The notes below the pieces were generated by a model. That model saw only the letters and a program-made list of their open reading frames with translations. It was not told the origin of the DNA and did no database searches. Both the position numbers and the translations under genes were made by a program. Shown here one piece after another: positions 30,697-32,948 of a DNA stretch of 32,948 bases; within the stretch, counting starts at the first letter, position 1, and each line of letters opens with the position of its first letter. This stretch comes from a bacterium (GTDB taxonomy: Bacteria > Cyanobacteriota > Vampirovibrionia > Gastranaerophilales > JBAXKC01), in assembly GCA_037137535.1 (NCBI GenBank), contig JBAXKC010000028.1, positions 1 through 32,948 of the forward strand, given 5' to 3'.

Positions 30697-30865
30697 AACT
30701 GTCAGCAATAAAGACAGGAAATGTCGAGTTATCTTACTACAAGGTTATTACCCTATTAACTGGGGATGCTGAGATGATATAAAGTATATTAGAGCTTTAA
30801 TCTATGAATAAACGATAGAATGGTATGTATTGCAGACTATACAGTCTGTAATAAGTTAGGAAAAG

Positions 30866-32173
30866 ATGAAAGATAAATTTAAGAATAAAAAATTGATAGC
30901 AATGATAATATTGTTAGTAATATTATTGTGCTTAATCATAATTCATTTAAGTTTAATAACCGACTTTAAAAAAACAGGTAATAATATACATAAACGTGTA
31001 AACCATACTGCCTCCTTACTTCCTAATGGCAAAGTACTTGTTGCAGGGGGCTTAGATGATGATCTTGGAGGTGGTCCCAGCAACACAGCGGAAATCTATG
31101 ATCCAAAAACACAAAAATTCTCTTTAACGAGGAATTTACTTGTAAAAAGAATAAATCCTCAATCAATTTTATTAAAAAACGGTAAAGTACTTATTGTTGG
31201 TGGAGTTGATGATTTACCAATGTATAAGAATCAAATTAAAATTGCTGAATTATATGATTATAAGTCTGGTAAATTTTCTCGCACAGGGGACCTAAACATA
31301 CCAAGACTGAATGGGTTTAAATTAACTTTATTGAATGATGGAAGAGTGCTTGTAACTGGTGGGCTAACAACAGCTTATGGAATTAGAAAAAATAATTGTG
31401 AAATTTATGATCCGAACACAGCTAAATTCAAACTCATATCTCCAATGAAATTTAAAAGAGATATGCATAATGCAGTCTTACTAAAAAATGGAAATGTATT
31501 AATAGTAGGAGGAAATACTACTTTTAATACTATAGATGAAAAATCAATACAACAAGCAGCAGCAGGTGCTGGTATTGAATCTACCACAGAAATATTTAAT
31601 TCTAAAACAGAAAAATTTTCTTTAGCTGGGAATATAATTTATCGTATCATTCCAGGTGCTTCAATTTTATTACCTGATGGGAATGTTCTCATTATTGGAG
31701 GATTTGGAAAAAAAGCAGACGATAATAATAAATTTTATGATACAAAATCGGTAGATAGAGAATTTTATCCTAAAAATAGAAAATACTATACAATACCACA
31801 TTCGTTATATACAGCTGAAATTTACGATATAAACAAAAACAAAGTAGTGAAAGTCCTACAAATGAATGCTAGGCATGGACGTCCAACTTTTAACATCTTA
31901 AAAAATGGGAATATTTTAATTTTTGGAACTAATCAAAAAGATAAACAAAGAGTTGTAAATACAGATTATTCAATTGTTTATACGAAAGAAGACAATAACT
32001 TTGAAGAAATCTTTGATATTAAAAGCAATACATTTAAAAAAATTAAAAATATTGGATATAGTCGGGGGCAACATACGGCAACAACTTTAAAGAATGGTCA
32101 AGTACTAATTGTTGGTGGTACTTCGTATCCAAGACATAATATTCCTAATTTAATATTGGGGGAGCTTAAATAA
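30866..32173 (+). CDS. Kelch-repeat beta-propeller protein with N-terminal signal/anchor
   Basis: Basic N-terminus plus hydrophobic LIAMIILLVILLCLIII. Repeated HTA.LL.NGKVL..GG blades. Confidence 0.92.
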   Translation: MKDKFKNKKLIAMIILLVILLCLIIIHLSLITDFKKTGNNIHKRVNHTASLLPNGKVLVAGGLDDDLGGGPSNTAEIYDPKTQKFSLTRNLLVKRINPQSILLKNGKVLIVGGVDDLPMYKNQIKIAELYDYKSGKFSRTGDLNIPRLNGFKLTLLNDGRVLVTGGLTTAYGIRKNNCEIYDPNTAKFKLISPMKFKRDMHNAVLLKNGNVLIVGGNTTFNTIDEKSIQQAAAGAGIESTTEIFNSKTEKFSLAGNIIYRIIPGASILLPDGNVLIIGGFGKKADDNNKFYDTKSVDREFYPKNRKYYTIPHSLYTAEIYDINKNKVVKVLQMNARHGRPTFNILKNGNILIFGTNQKDKQRVVNTDYSIVYTKEDNNFEEIFDIKSNTFKKIKNIGYSRGQHTATTLKNGQVLIVGGTSYPRHNIPNLILGELK

Positions 32174-32228
32174 TTTGTCTGATTCTCCGATAGAATCGAG
32201 TTAGAATAAAGAAATCGGAGGATAAACA

Positions 32229-32375
32229 ATGTCAAAGTTATTTACAAAAGAACAAGCCAGAAAATTCTTGAAAGAAAATAATCTCAAAGACGGCGAAAGT
32301 ATCGCAGATGCTTTACGAGATAGCTTTAAAGACCTCATACAGGAAGCTCTTGAATCTGAAATGGACGAAGAGTAG
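32229..32375 (+). mobile_element. IS256-family transposase N-terminal fragment (48 aa)
   Basis: MSKLFTKEQARKFLKENNLKDGESIADALRDSFKDLIQEALESEMDEE* matches the IS256 'ALEAEMDEHLGY' region and stops just before LGY. SD ggagg. Confidence 0.75.
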
Positions 32376-32392
32376 TAGGGTTTAAACCTTAC
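32375..32392. repeat. shorter variant of the REP-like palindrome
   Basis: gtagggtttaaaccttac has the same GTAGGG start, TTTAAA centre and TAC end as 30670-30695, with one mismatched pair. Confidence 0.5.
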
Positions 32393-32415
32393 AAAATTGT
32401 TACTAGAGGTTTATA

Positions 32416-32537
32416 ATGCAAGAAAATAATCATAAATATATAAAATATTCTGTTTGTTAGAAACAATCTTACGCAAAAGTCTCATTAATGGAATGTTAAA
32501 ATACAATCATAAACTGAGAGAAGGAATAAATGAATAA
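32416..32537 (+). pseudogene. gene relic 3, frameshifted, overlapping the start of the third Kelch gene
   Basis: SD gagg. First 20 nt are identical to 29097-29116. Removing one TA from 'aatatata' gives MQENNHKYKIFCLLETILRKSLINGMLKYNHKLREGINE*, which overlaps the Kelch ATG (atgaataa). Confidence 0.5.
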
Positions 32538-32948
32538 ATTTTCGAAAAAGAAAAAGTTTTTAGTTTTACTGTTTATATTTATGGTGATAGCGACTTCTAC
32601 TTTTGTTTTAGATACCTTTCGGCTTAAACATAATAAATTTGTTAAAGCTCCAGATATGAATTATTCAAGAATTTATCATACTGCAACTTTATTAAAGGAT
32701 GGCAGAGTTCTTATTGTAGGAGGAGACAATTCATCCTCTTTACAGATATCTGAAATGGAAATTTATTATCCTTCAATAAAACAGTTTGAAATTGTTACTA
32801 GGTTGAATATTCCTCGATCAAATCATACGGCAACACTATTAAAGGATGGCAGAGTCCTTATAGTAGGAGGTAAAAACGGTTCAGACTTTCTAACTTCTAT
32901 TGAAATTTATGATCCAGTAAAAAATACTATAGTTAAAATAAATAATAT
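32530..32948 (+). CDS. Kelch-repeat protein 3, runs off the window end
   Basis: Not in the ORF track. MNKFSKKKKFLVLLFIFMVIATSTFV...RIYHTATLLKDGRVLIVGG...RSNHTATLLKDGRVLIVGG...IEIYDP. SD aagga. Confidence 0.92.
   Translation, partial: MNKFSKKKKFLVLLFIFMVIATSTFVLDTFRLKHNKFVKAPDMNYSRIYHTATLLKDGRVLIVGGDNSSSLQISEMEIYYPSIKQFEIVTRLNIPRSNHTATLLKDGRVLIVGGKNGSDFLTSIEIYDPVKNTIVKINN

Noticed and set aside
2388-31587. Short ORF-track entries opposite or inside real genes (e.g. 2388-2588, 4658-4924, 4950-5162, 5624-5836, 6055-6273, 7083-8166 set, 11590-11817, 16778-16966, 19402-19590, 22170-22400, 25276-25470, 26451-26657, 27643-27843, 28260-28535, 29059-29361, 31405-31587)
   Set aside because: Shadow ORFs overlapping well-supported genes or the IS remnant, with no motifs of their own.
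31712-31735. KADDN match between Kelch 2 and relic 2 (30637-30660)
   Set aside because: Too short and A-rich, so likely chance.
28995-32948. Integron cassette array explanation for the Kelch array
   Set aside because: No integrase in the window, and I found no paired RYYYAAC/GTTRRRY attC structures after the genes.
29255-32948. Kelch proteins as galactose/glyoxal oxidase or NanM mutarotase
   Set aside because: No recognisable Cys-Tyr/His copper-radical motifs or C-terminal Ig domain. The repeat style does not specifically indicate NanM, and no nan genes are nearby.
29097-32948. Diversity-generating retroelement or CRISPR array
   Set aside because: No reverse transcriptase or cas genes. Repeat mismatches are not adenine-specific and there is no regular repeat-spacer period.

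Overview
AT-rich bacterial chromosomal window. Gene content and a small protein with 'SISFRG/DTVSFG' motifs suggest a non-photosynthetic Cyanobacteriota (Melainabacteria-like) organism, which is an inference only. The left part (1-12.3 kb) is housekeeping: a 5'-truncated TPR protein with a 72-bp tandem repeat, dihydropyrimidinase, nadC-nadB, trpE, ilvE, mlaE and a B12-binding radical SAM enzyme. The middle (12.4-26.8 kb) is a surface-polysaccharide cluster: GT4, PIG-L deacetylase, formyltransferase, GNAT/FemAB-like and hexapeptide acyltransferases, two Wzx flippases, polysaccharide deacetylase, DegT aminotransferase, nucleotidyltransferase, LegB-like dehydratase and a priming sugar transferase, with a decayed IS5 transposase inside it. 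Next come nth, a rubredoxin missing from the ORF track, and fprA. The right end (29.0-32.9 kb) is the most unusual part. It holds a tandem array of at least three exported Kelch beta-propeller genes, each preceded by a related short 5' gene relic, one of which resembles the N-terminus of a lipase-type effector. Two truncated ORFs there end inside related GTAG...TTTAAA...TAC palindromes, and one of those ORFs is an IS256 fragment. The region may be an eroded effector/Kelch-immunity cassette array.
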